Source of the DNA: Eubacteriaceae bacterium
GTDB lineage: Bacteria; Bacillota; Clostridia; Eubacteriales; Anaerofustaceae
Assembly: GCA_009782515.1 (NCBI GenBank)
Contig: WRIY01000005.1
Location: forward strand, 812-64,811
Length of the DNA: 64,000 nt
Direction: 5' to 3'
Positions 26,983-36,943 of the stretch are shown piece by piece. Within the stretch, counting starts at the first letter, position 1; the number at the start of each line of letters is the position of its first letter. A program made the translations under genes and the position numbers. The notes under the pieces are model-generated. The model saw nothing but the letters and a program-made list of their open reading frames with translations, was not told the DNA's origin and did not search any database.

Positions 26983-27314
26983 ATCTCATACCCCGCATTA
27001 GATTATAGTGAAATATATGCTGGCCAAAGCTATAGAATGCTACAAGCTTGTATGTTGCATGCATATAACCTTTACGGCAGGGTTTTGTGCTTGCCTATAG
27101 AATTTATAAGCAAAAATATGCATTGGGCCCTCTCGCTTCCATTAGGGGGCATTAAGGCAATGAATTTGTAAGAAACCTTTTACATTGCCATTGACAACCA
27201 TCTCAGAGGACATTTATTGATGTAAATAGCTGTTTTCTATAGCTTTCATTCAATCGTGCGTAGGTTTGCCATTAAAAACTGGCCTATTGATGAATATGAT
27301 TTTCCACTGCTTTG

Positions 27315-27323
27315 TGTTATAAT
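27315..27323 (+). promoter_or_regulatory. Candidate extended -10 element (TGTTATAAT) upstream of rny
   Basis: A TGnTATAAT match lies about 125 nt upstream of the rny ATG in a 466-bp AT-rich intergenic region. I found no convincing -35 box. Confidence 0.3.
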
Positions 27324-27448
27324 TCATATAGAGTAATCGGTATTATTTTATTTATAAAACATTAGAACATTTATAATTATAATGCTACAAAAAAAGTAAA
27401 GTTTTTGGCATAATTTTACGTTGATTGACAATTGAATAGGAGGTATAA

Positions 27449-28978
27449 ATGCCATTTGTTTTTTATTTTCTTGTTTGCATTGGCGGCATTGGAGTAGGGT
27501 TCTACGCAGCGCAGCTGGTAAATAAGAAAAAAATTGAGAATGCTCGATTTACAGCAAGCAATATCATCGAAGAAGCAATGCATGATGGCGAAAACGCAAA
27601 AAAACAGATGATCATTGAAGCTAAGGATGAGATATTCAACTCACGCAAAGAGCTTGACAAAGAAATACGCGAACGCAGAAATGAAATCTCCCAGCTTGAA
27701 AAACGGGCTCTTCAAAGAGAAGAAACAATAGACAAAAAAACTGAGGCTATTGAGAAAAGGGATGATATTTCACAGCGAAAAGCTAAGGAAATAGATGTAA
27801 AAGAAGAAAAAATAGCAAAGTTTTACCAACAAAAAGTTAGCGAGCTGGAGAAAATCTCTAAACTCTCCTTTGAGGAAGCGCGCCAAATTCTTCTGGAAGA
27901 GGTGGAAAAACAGATTTCAAGGGAAACAGCTCTCCTAATAAAGAATAAAGAATCCGAAGCAAGAGAAGAAGCAGACAAAAATGCAAAAGAAGTGATTGCT
28001 TATGCTATACAGCGCTGTGCGGCTGATCATGTATCAGAAAGCACAGTCACCGTTGTAAATCTGCCATCAGATGAAATGAAGGGGCGGATAATCGGCCGTG
28101 AAGGGCGAAATATTCGCACTATAGAAACACTAACAGGTGTTGACCTTATCATTGACGACACGCCAGAGGCCGTAATACTGTCAGGATTTGATCCAGTGCG
28201 CCGCGAGGTAGCACGAATTGCCCTAGAGCGATTGATCGTAGACGGGCGAATCCATCCAGCCAGAATTGAAGAAATGATTCACAAAGCTGAAAGCGAGATC
28301 GATGCAAAAATCAAAATGGTCGGAGAGCAAGCGATTTTCGAAGTAAATGTTTTGAAGATGCACCCCGAGCTTATAAAGCTTGTTGGCCGCCTTAACTACC
28401 GAACGAGTTACGGCCAAAACGTTCTTAAGCATTCAATCGAAGTTGCACAGCTAGCCGGGATTATGGCAGATGAGCTTGGCCTGAATTCACGAATAGCTCG
28501 AAGGGCAGGCATTCTGCATGACATAGGAAAAGGCATTGATCATGAAGTCGAAGGGCCGCATGTCCAGATAGCAGTTGACATGCTTAGAAAATATAAAGAA
28601 TCAAATGAAGTAATCCATGCAATAGAGGCCCACCACAATGACATTGAAGCCAGAACACTGGAAGCTGTTCTTATACAGGCAGCTGACGCGATATCTGCTG
28701 CAAGGCCCGGCGCCAGGCGCGAAGCCCTTGAAAGCTATACAAAGAGGCTAGAGAAGCTTGAGGGCATTGTTAACAGCTTTGAGGGCGTAGAAAAATGCTA
28801 TGCAATACAAGCCGGCAGAGAAGTTCGCATTATGGTTAAGCCAAATGAAATCGATGACTTGCAGCTCGTTCATATTGCACGAAACATTGCAAAGCAGATA
28901 GAAAATAATTTGGATTACCCCGGACAGATAAAAGTAAACATGATTAGGGAAACTAGAGCCGTCGAATATGCCAAATAG
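27449..28978 (+). CDS. rny: Ribonuclease Y
   Basis: An N-terminal TM segment and a long coiled coil are followed by a KH domain ([31 protein letters not shown]) and an HD domain (LHDIGK...HH). TAGGAGGT precedes the ATG. Confidence 0.95.
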   Translation: MPFVFYFLVCIGGIGVGFYAAQLVNKKKIENARFTASNIIEEAMHDGENAKKQMIIEAKDEIFNSRKELDKEIRERRNEISQLEKRALQREETIDKKTEAIEKRDDISQRKAKEIDVKEEKIAKFYQQKVSELEKISKLSFEEARQILLEEVEKQISRETALLIKNKESEAREEADKNAKEVIAYAIQRCAADHVSESTVTVVNLPSDEMKGRIIGREGRNIRTIETLTGVDLIIDDTPEAVILSGFDPVRREVARIALERLIVDGRIHPARIEEMIHKAESEIDAKIKMVGEQAIFEVNVLKMHPELIKLVGRLNYRTSYGQNVLKHSIEVAQLAGIMADELGLNSRIARRAGILHDIGKGIDHEVEGPHVQIAVDMLRKYKESNEVIHAIEAHHNDIEARTLEAVLIQAADAISAARPGARREALESYTKRLEKLEGIVNSFEGVEKCYAIQAGREVRIMVKPNEIDDLQLVHIARNIAKQIENNLDYPGQIKVNMIRETRAVEYAK

Positions 28979-29060
28979 CCGAATTGCTTTATGATTTTAG
29001 GCGCTTTCCGTTATGGAAAGCGCTTCTTTTTCATAGACACTTAAACAAAGGATACGCGCA

Positions 29061-29843
29061 ATGAGAATATTAGCTCTTGGTGACATATATGGAGGCATTG
29101 GCCGAAAAGCCGTTATAAACAACATTGCCCAGATAAAAAAGGAAACTAAAACAGACTTCGTGATTGCCAACCTTGAAAACGCATCGAACGGCGCTGGCCT
29201 AAATATAAAGGCATCAAAAGAGCTGCTGGCTTTAGAAGATATAAACTGCTACACAAGCGGCAACCATATCTGGGACAAAAATGACATATACGATATTATC
29301 CAGACAACAGACAGAATAATCAGGCCTGCCAACTATCCGGAGCCATGCCCCGGCAACGGCTATTCAGTATTTAGAATAGGCAAACTCCGCGTTGGCGTGC
29401 TCAACTTGCTGGGCAATGCTTACATGGGAGGCTATGACAACCCGTTTAGCGCCTTCGACAAAATTCATGCTATTTTACGGAATGTCTGCGATATTATCTG
29501 TGTAGATTTTCACGCTGAAGCTACAAGTGAAAAAATCGCCTTCGGATATTACGTGGACGGTAGGGTTCAGGTTGTCTTTGGCACACACACCCACGTTCTG
29601 ACTGCAGATGAGAGAGTTTTAAGCAACGGAAGCGGCTACATCACCGATATTGGTATGTGCGGGCCGCTCGATGGGGTTATCGGCGTTTCAAAGGAAGTTA
29701 TTATCAAGCAATTCACGACGAAGCGGCATGTCAAGTTTGAGACAAGCAAGGGCGCTGTGCAGATAAACGGCGCAGTGTTTGATATTGATGATGAAACTTT
29801 TCGATGCAGGGGGATTGAGAGGGTCCGCAAAATATACGAATAA
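29061..29843 (+). CDS. ymdB: YmdB-family metallophosphoesterase (2',3'-cyclic-nucleotide phosphodiesterase)
   Basis: Motifs are MRILALGDIYG, VIANLENASNG, TSGNHIWD and DFHAEATSEK...GTHTHV. It follows rny, which is the conserved synteny. Confidence 0.9.
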   Translation: MRILALGDIYGGIGRKAVINNIAQIKKETKTDFVIANLENASNGAGLNIKASKELLALEDINCYTSGNHIWDKNDIYDIIQTTDRIIRPANYPEPCPGNGYSVFRIGKLRVGVLNLLGNAYMGGYDNPFSAFDKIHAILRNVCDIICVDFHAEATSEKIAFGYYVDGRVQVVFGTHTHVLTADERVLSNGSGYITDIGMCGPLDGVIGVSKEVIIKQFTTKRHVKFETSKGAVQINGAVFDIDDETFRCRGIERVRKIYE

Positions 29844-29865
29844 TTCAGGGCAGGAGGAACTCTTT

Positions 29866-30126
29866 TTGGAAATCTTAAAAGTATCGTCTACATCAAACCC
29901 AAATTCGGTTGCGGGCGCGCTCGCAGGGGTAATTCGAGACAATGATTGTGCTGAAGTACAGGCAATAGGGGCAGGCGCACTGAATCAAGCTATCAAAGCA
30001 ATCGCTATAGCAAGGGGCTACGTTGCTCCGGGAGGGTATGATCTCGTTTGCATACCTGCATTCACAGAAGTCGAAATAAACGGGAGCGAGAGAACAGGCA
30101 TCAAGCTGATTGTTAAATCAACATAA
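29866..30126 (+). CDS. spoVS: Stage V sporulation protein S
   Basis: (M)EILKVSSTSNPNSVAGALAGVIRDNDCAEVQAIGAGALNQAIKAIAIARGY... reads from the TTG at 29866, with GGAGGA 8 nt upstream. The track's longer ORF (29779) overlaps ymdB. Confidence 0.9.
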   Translation: MEILKVSSTSNPNSVAGALAGVIRDNDCAEVQAIGAGALNQAIKAIAIARGYVAPGGYDLVCIPAFTEVEINGSERTGIKLIVKST

Positions 30127-30141
30127 ATATACGCCTAAAAG

Positions 30142-30168
30142 CGCTTGCATGAATGCAGGCGTTTTTTT
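30142..30168 (+). terminator. Rho-independent terminator after spoVS
   Basis: A CGCTTGC...GCAGGCG hairpin followed by T7. Confidence 0.7.
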
Positions 30169-30564
30169 GTGCTGCGAGCTTGAACATGGCTTGCTTTCTT
30201 CTTGGCAGAAAAGCAAGCTGCACCATGTCTGGCTAAAAAGCTGAATAAGGGCGGGGCAGGCCGCGCCAGAGCCAGCTGGCAAGTTGCTTTGCATGAGATG
30301 GCGCCGCTCGATAAAATGTGCTTGCTTTGGCAGGCGCCCGATTGATTATGGCCATAGAACGGCCAGTTCGCACGAAAGCGCTTTTTTATTGCCTGGGAAA
30401 AGAAAGCACACTATAGGCCTCTGATACACGCTTTTGCGCTTACAAGGGTGCGGGCAATCTGCTCATCGTTGGCATGTGGAGCAATAGTTAACCCCCAGAA
30501 AAGGCGAAAGGCCCCAGGTATCCGGCAATAGCTGGGGCTGCCTTCAGCGGCTGCTTTAGCAACA

Positions 30565-33500
30565 CTAATATATGGAGCATTCTTGGCAAGGAATGAATGC
30601 TTGAACTGTGCCATTTGCAGTGCAAAGCTCCACATCTATGCCTATGCGGCAGTGCTGTGTTCTGTTTATTTGAATGTCCAATTCAATTTTAAATTTATTC
30701 CCGGCAGGATGAATGATTATTGGTTGGCATTTATTATCGAACAAAATATTCACTTCATTGCTTCCGGATGCCACCCATATGTAAATAGTAGCTGGGAATG
30801 CGGCGATGTTTGCAGGGACTGGTGTGCATTCACCGGGCAGTAGACACAGCTGGAACGCAGCTTGCGGGCATTCACTGCATTTTAGGGCATTTTGAGAGCT
30901 AACGCGCTGGTTTCGCTTGCGCCTCCGATAACTGGCTCGGCTGCGTTTTTCGATAGCCGCATACGCTGCGCCGCTAGAATTATCGCCATTGTCTCGAGCT
31001 TGTTCATTCCGGGCACCCTGTTCATCAGCCATATAAGAATTGGCTTCTTCTTCTGTATAGCCTTCAAAATCCAAGTCAACGTCTCTAAACCCATCGAATA
31101 ATGAGCCCTCTTCATCGGTGATGAGAGTTATATCTTCTTCCTCATCCACAATAAGGCTATCAGGGTTATGCATTTCCAGCCTGCCATTATTGCCTAAGCG
31201 ATTCACCTGAATGCCGCCGTAGTAACCGGCTTCCAGGTTATGATCGCTGGTTTGCGTAAGGTTGTTTACCTTTGTTTTCAATGTAATGCTGTTTTCTTTG
31301 CGCTCCCCTGAAGGAACATATGGCTCACCCATAGGGCCCAGCAGTATTTGGGTGACCTGCTGGTTTAAGAGGATATGAAGCTGTGCGATATATCCGGGAA
31401 TATCTTGATCAAAGTAATCTTGAATCACATAATAATCTGTATTGGGGGAGTAGCTCTCAGCAAGCGTATAGTTGGTGCCATCCAGTGTTGTGTATACATG
31501 GGTATCCTCAGTGAAATAGTAATATGGATTGTTCTTGTTCGGCTCAAAAATGGCAAAGGAGCTGTTTCCATCCTCTGACCCCTGTGCCGACCAGTCATTT
31601 GAGTAAAAGCAAACGCCCTTGCCGTCGAGCGATTTGTTGTTTTCCTTGTACTGCTCGCTAAGCTGGCTCCACTCGAAGCCCTCTGCCATACCTACCGTAT
31701 AATTCGTCCTGATGGGAAAGACCTCTTTGATTTCAAGAATCTCTATTCTGTCCGGATGCTCTTCGTCATGCGTTTCGCTGATAGTGCGCATCGGTATAAG
31801 GCTGGCAGGAATGAACCAAACGACCATCTGCTGGCCTTTGGCCAGTGATATTGTTGGCTTGCTGTAACCTCTCAGATTGAAATCGCCTTCTTCGAGCGTG
31901 GTTATGATCTCAAGATAAAGATGCAGCAAGTTGCTGTCCTCTCCGGTCTGTTCGTTATATACGACATTGTGCATTGGCAGCAGCCTTACAATGCTTGCAG
32001 CATTGCTTGGCACGGCCAGCAGCTCGCCATACCTGTCATAAAAATTGCCTAAAAAATTCGAGTCATAATCGGCATACCATTTCATACTGCATCCATAATC
32101 ATCATCTGCATTATAGTATATCTCGCCTGAGGCGATGCTTCCGGCAATCAGCTCTGTTGCAGCGCTTTTGCCAAAACCCATACGCGATGCCAATGAACTT
32201 GCCCAATAGTCAAGCAGCAAACCTCCAGGCGGCTCATCAACGATGCTTTTAGCCAACACGTTCCCGTAAAACATTTCTCCGCCGATCCATGTGCCTTTAA
32301 ACTCTTTAAATTGCATATATTGCCCCAGCGGATCTACAACTGTCACATAGCCGGAGAAATCAGGGTGTGAAGGATCGCTCTCGGTGGTGTATGCGCCTGA
32401 CGTAACGATGTTTTGGGCTATGGATTTAAAAGCGTCATCCAACGCTTTTGCATTATCAGCAGCAAAGTATGAGGTGGCATAATTATAGCTTTTAATATAG
32501 TTATCCTTATTTTCGATAGTCACAAGGCTGCGCGCTGATGTGCTTCCCTTTAGAAGAGCCGGAAATTCGATAATGCCAAACTCGGGGTTGACAAATTTAT
32601 CTAAAAGTTCCTGCATATTATATAGCTCACTGCCGAAAGATTGGGTGTTGTGTACAGCATTATTAAAAGGATCCATCACAGAAGGGGCATGCACTCCCGA
32701 TACATCCAAGCCTACAGTGTAAATTTGCATTTCATTGCGTTTTTCGGTGCCATAATAATGATCATGTATTCGCTGCTTCCAGTAGGACGCGGTGAGCACG
32801 GTCAGTATATCTGTTCCTATATCAATGCTAAAAGTGGGATCGCCATTGCCGTGGTTATAGCCACCATCCTTATCGCTGCCCGGGTCTTGCATTTCATAGT
32901 CGTCCCAGCCGAAGGTAGGCTCACCGTCTGTGAGCAGCAGCATTATGGGCCTGCGCGTTATCGAAATTAACCGGCCCTTTTCAGTTGTATAGGAATACGC
33001 CGTGTCATGGTTTTCAACAAAAATCCTGGCTCCGGCATATATGCCACGCTGTGTGGGCGTTGCGCCGTTCACTGCAACAGTTTTGCTGACTACCATCTCG
33101 GCAGGAATAGACGGGCTAACAGTGATGCTTGAGCCGATGATGCTAAAAAAATCGCCCGCAATATTATAGTGGCCCAGCTTGAGTATCTGCTCGGCCCGGG
33201 ACATATTTGTCAAGCCGCTTGCGTAGCCGCCATAAGCGACAACCGCTATGCGATTGTTTTGGTCGGCATCCAAAATGGTGTGTATCGCTTTGTTTAATGC
33301 TTTTACCATCACCTGCGCGCGTGTTTCGGCGCCCATTTTATAAATGTACATGCTTGAGGAAACATCCAGGACAAACACCGTGTCAGTGGGTACATCCACA
33401 ACGTCTACAGTGTAACTCTGAGACAGCGCTGAAAGAGTTATTAAAAACTCATCCATGTTGGCGTGGACAGTATGTATTGGATCTCCTTGATGATCATAAA

Positions 33501-33609
33501 AGATTATATCGCCTGTATTAACTGTTTTATCTACCCAAATATGTCCGTTATCTATGCTTGATGGTTCGAAATAATCGGAAAAGCGGGAAGTATGGTGATC
33601 GCTAAGCAT
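30565..33609 (-). CDS. Large von Willebrand factor A (VWA) domain protein with no signal peptide or cell-wall sorting signal
   Basis: MIDAS residues are present: VFVLDVSSSM, RIAVVAYGG and LLLTDGEPT. GAGGAG lies 9 nt before the ATG at 33609, and an in-frame TAG lies 19 codons upstream. The N-terminus (MLSDHHTSRFSDYFEP) is hydrophilic. Confidence 0.75.
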   Translation of the reverse strand: MLSDHHTSRFSDYFEPSSIDNGHIWVDKTVNTGDIIFYDHQGDPIHTVHANMDEFLITLSALSQSYTVDVVDVPTDTVFVLDVSSSMYIYKMGAETRAQVMVKALNKAIHTILDADQNNRIAVVAYGGYASGLTNMSRAEQILKLGHYNIAGDFFSIIGSSITVSPSIPAEMVVSKTVAVNGATPTQRGIYAGARIFVENHDTAYSYTTEKGRLISITRRPIMLLLTDGEPTFGWDDYEMQDPGSDKDGGYNHGNGDPTFSIDIGTDILTVLTASYWKQRIHDHYYGTEKRNEMQIYTVGLDVSGVHAPSVMDPFNNAVHNTQSFGSELYNMQELLDKFVNPEFGIIEFPALLKGSTSARSLVTIENKDNYIKSYNYATSYFAADNAKALDDAFKSIAQNIVTSGAYTTESDPSHPDFSGYVTVVDPLGQYMQFKEFKGTWIGGEMFYGNVLAKSIVDEPPGGLLLDYWASSLASRMGFGKSAATELIAGSIASGEIYYNADDDYGCSMKWYADYDSNFLGNFYDRYGELLAVPSNAASIVRLLPMHNVVYNEQTGEDSNLLHLYLEIITTLEEGDFNLRGYSKPTISLAKGQQMVVWFIPASLIPMRTISETHDEEHPDRIEILEIKEVFPIRTNYTVGMAEGFEWSQLSEQYKENNKSLDGKGVCFYSNDWSAQGSEDGNSSFAIFEPNKNNPYYYFTEDTHVYTTLDGTNYTLAESYSPNTDYYVIQDYFDQDIPGYIAQLHILLNQQVTQILLGPMGEPYVPSGERKENSITLKTKVNNLTQTSDHNLEAGYYGGIQVNRLGNNGRLEMHNPDSLIVDEEEDITLITDEEGSLFDGFRDVDLDFEGYTEEEANSYMADEQGARNEQARDNGDNSSGAAYAAIEKRSRASYRRRKRNQRVSSQNALKCSECPQAAFQLCLLPGECTPVPANIAAFPATIYIWVASGSNEVNILFDNKCQPIIIHPAGNKFKIELDIQINRTQHCRIGIDVELCTANGTVQAFIPCQECSIY

Positions 33610-33921
33610 AGTTTTTGTCTCCTCATGTTCGCAGAATTCTATAGTATAGTATTCGACATGGCACTAATATGTGTAATGGGATTGTGGGATTCGACAATAA
33701 AAATCTGGTAATTAAAGGATTTTTTTAAGATAAACACAAATTTAAGGCAAAAGGCACATGAAAAAGCAAAAAGCATGCTTTCGCAAAAAACGGCGCATGG
33801 AATTTGGCATTGTAAATGCATGTCTTTATAAGGAATACATTTTCGCTTTTAGTTGGGCGCCCATATGCAAAAACTCAATCAATCGCCAACAAAAGTGGGA
33901 TTTCAGGCAAAACAGTTAGCC

Positions 33922-33950
33922 AAAAAAAGAGCCTGCTTTGCAGCAAGCCC
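33922..33950 (-). terminator. Rho-independent terminator after acsB
   Basis: On the minus strand, GGGCTTGC-TGCAAA-GCAGGCTC (8 bp, two G-U pairs) is followed by T7. Confidence 0.65.
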
Positions 33951-33981
33951 TAAATTTTTACTGTCAACACTAATTCATTAA

Positions 33982-36120
33982 TTACATCAAAGGATCCATG
34001 CTTAGCGCCGGATGGTTCTTTTCAGTAAGGAATTCAACCAATGTTTCTTCGTCTGGAGCGGTCTCTTCGTCAGCAATCATGTCAACAAAGTTATCGATGC
34101 CATAAAGCTCTTTTGCAGTATGGTTCAGCCTGTCAGCAACTGTCTCTTTAAGCTGCTTTGGCATCCAAACGATTCTCTCGATTCCGCCTTCAGCGCGCAT
34201 GAACTTCTTGGAAGCAATAAAATGCTTGCCGTGGCCCATGAAGCCAGGGGTTTGGATTCCACCGCCGGTCATCGAAGCAAGCTCTCCGAAGCTCATTCCG
34301 ATTGGCGTTGTGCCAACATATTCGCGGTTAACAATGATAACACCGTTTGATGCCGGCTCAATGCCGCAAATGCACTCGAAGCATCCGCATGATGTCATTG
34401 GATCTTCAAGTATGGAGTAAAGGGTTACTTGGCTTAGAGCGCCGCGTGAGTACTGGGCAACAGCAGCGTTAACATCATCCCAAGATCCCATAACTTCATC
34501 AATAAGGCCACCTTTTGTTACGATTTGGCACGGGCCTGAAGGATCAAGCTCTTTTGTAGCTTTAGCATCCAGCCAGGATACAGCGCCGCACAGGCCCAGA
34601 CGCTCCGGGGTAACTATGCATACGTGAGATGGCGAGAATGACTGGCATAGAGTGCATGTGTAGAATACATCAACTGACTCGTCAGTTAGAGATTCAAGCC
34701 TCTCATCACGCTTGTCCCAAATAGGGATGGCGACGTTAAATCTGAAGTCTTTGCATTCTTCAGCGTCTGTATAGACTGTTACTTGGCATTTGTCAACAAC
34801 AGCTTCGAACTCGTCTTTCATCTTTGCATATAAGACTTCGCCAAAATGCTTTGCACGGAAGCCTGCATTAAATGCAGTTTTTGATACACGGATATTGGAG
34901 TTGTCTCTTTGGCCTGTATGCATGATGCCTTCCATGTTGTTGATGAAATGGTGGATCTTGCGCTCGAGCACTGACTCGAAGTCGCTTTGCATAGCATTGC
35001 CTGCTACTTCAACCAGAAGGCCAAGGTTAAAGCGGCCGCCTTCTTCAAACTCTTCGAAATCTTTGCCAATAAGCGTGATCTTATGATCTTCGATATCATT
35101 GGCATCTATTGTTCTAACAAGCTCGAAGCAGTCGAGGCGGGAGCCGTTTGCCTCCAGCTGCATATCGTTTCTGCGAATGATTTCGCCTTCGAAGGCAGCT
35201 GCATATGAAACAGGTATATCCATCTCTGTGATCTTGATCTTTATGTTGCGCATTTCTATAGAAGCGTCAACATAGTTCTCATATTCGTTGTATAAGAGAA
35301 GGGATTTTGGCACTGACCAGATATTTTCTGTTTCATCAGTCATTACAGGGAATCCGAGGGCGATAGCGCCGCCGCCGCATGCCACTGTCATATCATCGAG
35401 TGGAGCAAATGCATTTACAAATGCCTTAACGCGATCGAAGGTGTATTTTAGTATTCCGTCATAATCGCCAGGGGTGCAAGCGCCAAATATAAGGGCTGCG
35501 CGGATAGCAACGCTGACAACATGGATAACTGATGGGAGTTCCGGCCCAAGGGGAACTATGCGGATTTTGAAGCCAAGGTTAACATCGGCTGCAATAGCCT
35601 GATCTATAATTCCGCCAACCAGGAACACCATTATTCCCTTTGCCTGATAGCCTTTAATCAAATCTGCAGCTATTTCAGGTGAAGGGGCTTCGTGGATAAG
35701 CACAGCCACGCCCGGGATATCGTCAGTAACAAGAGGCACGCCAAGCTCACGGATCTCAGCATCTGACAGATGCCCATGATAGCGATCATCATATGGCTTT
35801 TCGTTTCCATTAAGCATGTACTTAACGGTCTCGATGACTTCGGCTGAAAGCGCAGTTCCAACACCGGATGTGAATACATTGTGAAGCTGCGGATCATGGT
35901 TCATGAACTCTTGAATATCTGCTAGAGCTTCCTCTTTTAAAGACGCAAGCGTCGGGTATTTCTTGCCAGTGAAAGCATATAGGCATGGAAGCCCATAAGC
36001 AGTGTTTGGCAAGGAGACTGCTGCTTCTGGCCCAAGCTGGTTAATGGCGTCATCAACAGCTTTTGCAGCAAGGTTGAACATATCATCAGAGCCATTAAAG
36101 ACTCTATCGAAAAGTGTCAT
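33982..36120 (-). CDS. acsB: Acetyl-CoA synthase (CO-methylating), A-cluster subunit
   Basis: CTLCQSFSPSHVCIVTPERLGLC, then 66 residues, then SCGCFEC. This spacing is identical to Cys506/509/518/528 and Cys595-Gly596-Cys597 of Moorella ACS. AAGGAG lies 5 nt before the ATG. The gene follows cooS and cooC. Confidence 0.92.
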   Translation of the reverse strand: MTLFDRVFNGSDDMFNLAAKAVDDAINQLGPEAAVSLPNTAYGLPCLYAFTGKKYPTLASLKEEALADIQEFMNHDPQLHNVFTSGVGTALSAEVIETVKYMLNGNEKPYDDRYHGHLSDAEIRELGVPLVTDDIPGVAVLIHEAPSPEIAADLIKGYQAKGIMVFLVGGIIDQAIAADVNLGFKIRIVPLGPELPSVIHVVSVAIRAALIFGACTPGDYDGILKYTFDRVKAFVNAFAPLDDMTVACGGGAIALGFPVMTDETENIWSVPKSLLLYNEYENYVDASIEMRNIKIKITEMDIPVSYAAAFEGEIIRRNDMQLEANGSRLDCFELVRTIDANDIEDHKITLIGKDFEEFEEGGRFNLGLLVEVAGNAMQSDFESVLERKIHHFINNMEGIMHTGQRDNSNIRVSKTAFNAGFRAKHFGEVLYAKMKDEFEAVVDKCQVTVYTDAEECKDFRFNVAIPIWDKRDERLESLTDESVDVFYTCTLCQSFSPSHVCIVTPERLGLCGAVSWLDAKATKELDPSGPCQIVTKGGLIDEVMGSWDDVNAAVAQYSRGALSQVTLYSILEDPMTSCGCFECICGIEPASNGVIIVNREYVGTTPIGMSFGELASMTGGGIQTPGFMGHGKHFIASKKFMRAEGGIERIVWMPKQLKETVADRLNHTAKELYGIDNFVDMIADEETAPDEETLVEFLTEKNHPALSMDPLM

Positions 36121-36137
36121 AACTTCTCCTTATAAAT

Positions 36138-36920
36138 TTATACCTTTAATAAATCGTGGTCAATCTTGTTCTTTATAAGATCAACTTCCTGTATGGCTTG
36201 GCTGCTAAAGTCAAATGGAGATTTTCCCTGCCTGTCCGCTTCAATGAGATCTGTATTGTAATGTATCATGCCCAACAGATCCTCTGAAGGAACGTTTGCC
36301 TCAACAAAAGCCTCATCTTCAGCGTCCCGCACCTTATTGGCAACTACTTTTATCTTGTCAACGCCCAGATCAACAGCAAGCTTCTTAACCTTTTCATAAG
36401 TCTGGATGCTGCGAGATCCCGGCTCAATGACTACTACAAAAGAGTCAACGCTTGATGCAGTGCCTCTTCCAAGATGCTCAATGCCGGCTTCCATATCCAT
36501 TATCACAACGTCGTCAGAATATAGGACAAGATGCGATATGATCCTTTTGATTAATACATTCTCAGGGCATACGCATCCAGCTCCGCCAGATTCAACTGTG
36601 CCAAGTGTTAAAAGCTTGACGCCGTTGTATTTTTTAGCGTACATATCAGGAATGTCATCAACTTTAGGGTTAATCTTAAAGAATTTGCCCATGTTCTCCT
36701 CAGAAGCGCCGGTTCGTTCGTTGACAAGCTTCTTCAGATGCGCGATTGGCACGATTTGATCAAGAATTCTCTTATCAAAACCAAGAGCAAGGCCCAGATT
36801 GGCATCTGGATCCGCATCGACTGCCAAAACATTCTTGCCTTCATTCGCATACAGCCTTGCTAGAATGGCGGAGAAAGTAGTCTTTCCTACTCCGCCTTTT
36901 CCTGTTACAGCAATTTTCAT
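36138..36920 (-). CDS. cooC: CODH nickel-insertion accessory ATPase (CooC/AcsF)
   Basis: The P-loop is MKIAVTGKGGVGKTT, and the metal-binding motif is GGAGCVCPEN (CxC). The family is MinD/ParA-like. Confidence 0.9.
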   Translation of the reverse strand: MKIAVTGKGGVGKTTFSAILARLYANEGKNVLAVDADPDANLGLALGFDKRILDQIVPIAHLKKLVNERTGASEENMGKFFKINPKVDDIPDMYAKKYNGVKLLTLGTVESGGAGCVCPENVLIKRIISHLVLYSDDVVIMDMEAGIEHLGRGTASSVDSFVVVIEPGSRSIQTYEKVKKLAVDLGVDKIKVVANKVRDAEDEAFVEANVPSEDLLGMIHYNTDLIEADRQGKSPFDFSSQAIQEVDLIKNKIDHDLLKV

Positions 36921-36943
36921 ACAGAAATTTCCTTTAAACTTTC

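Noticed and set aside
30169-30564. A relatively GC-rich ~400-bp non-coding stretch between the spoVS terminator and the end of the VWA gene; considered as an sRNA or degraded gene
   Set aside because: I found no convincing promoter/terminator pair, conserved RNA motif or ORF with coding character. ORF 30411-30635 overlaps the VWA gene end and looks spurious.
33610-33981. The idea that the VWA gene is the fourth gene of the cooS-cooC-acsB operon
   Set aside because: A good hairpin plus T7 terminator (33922-33950) follows acsB, and a 370-bp AT-rich region precedes the VWA gene's own SD and ATG. Separate transcription is more likely.
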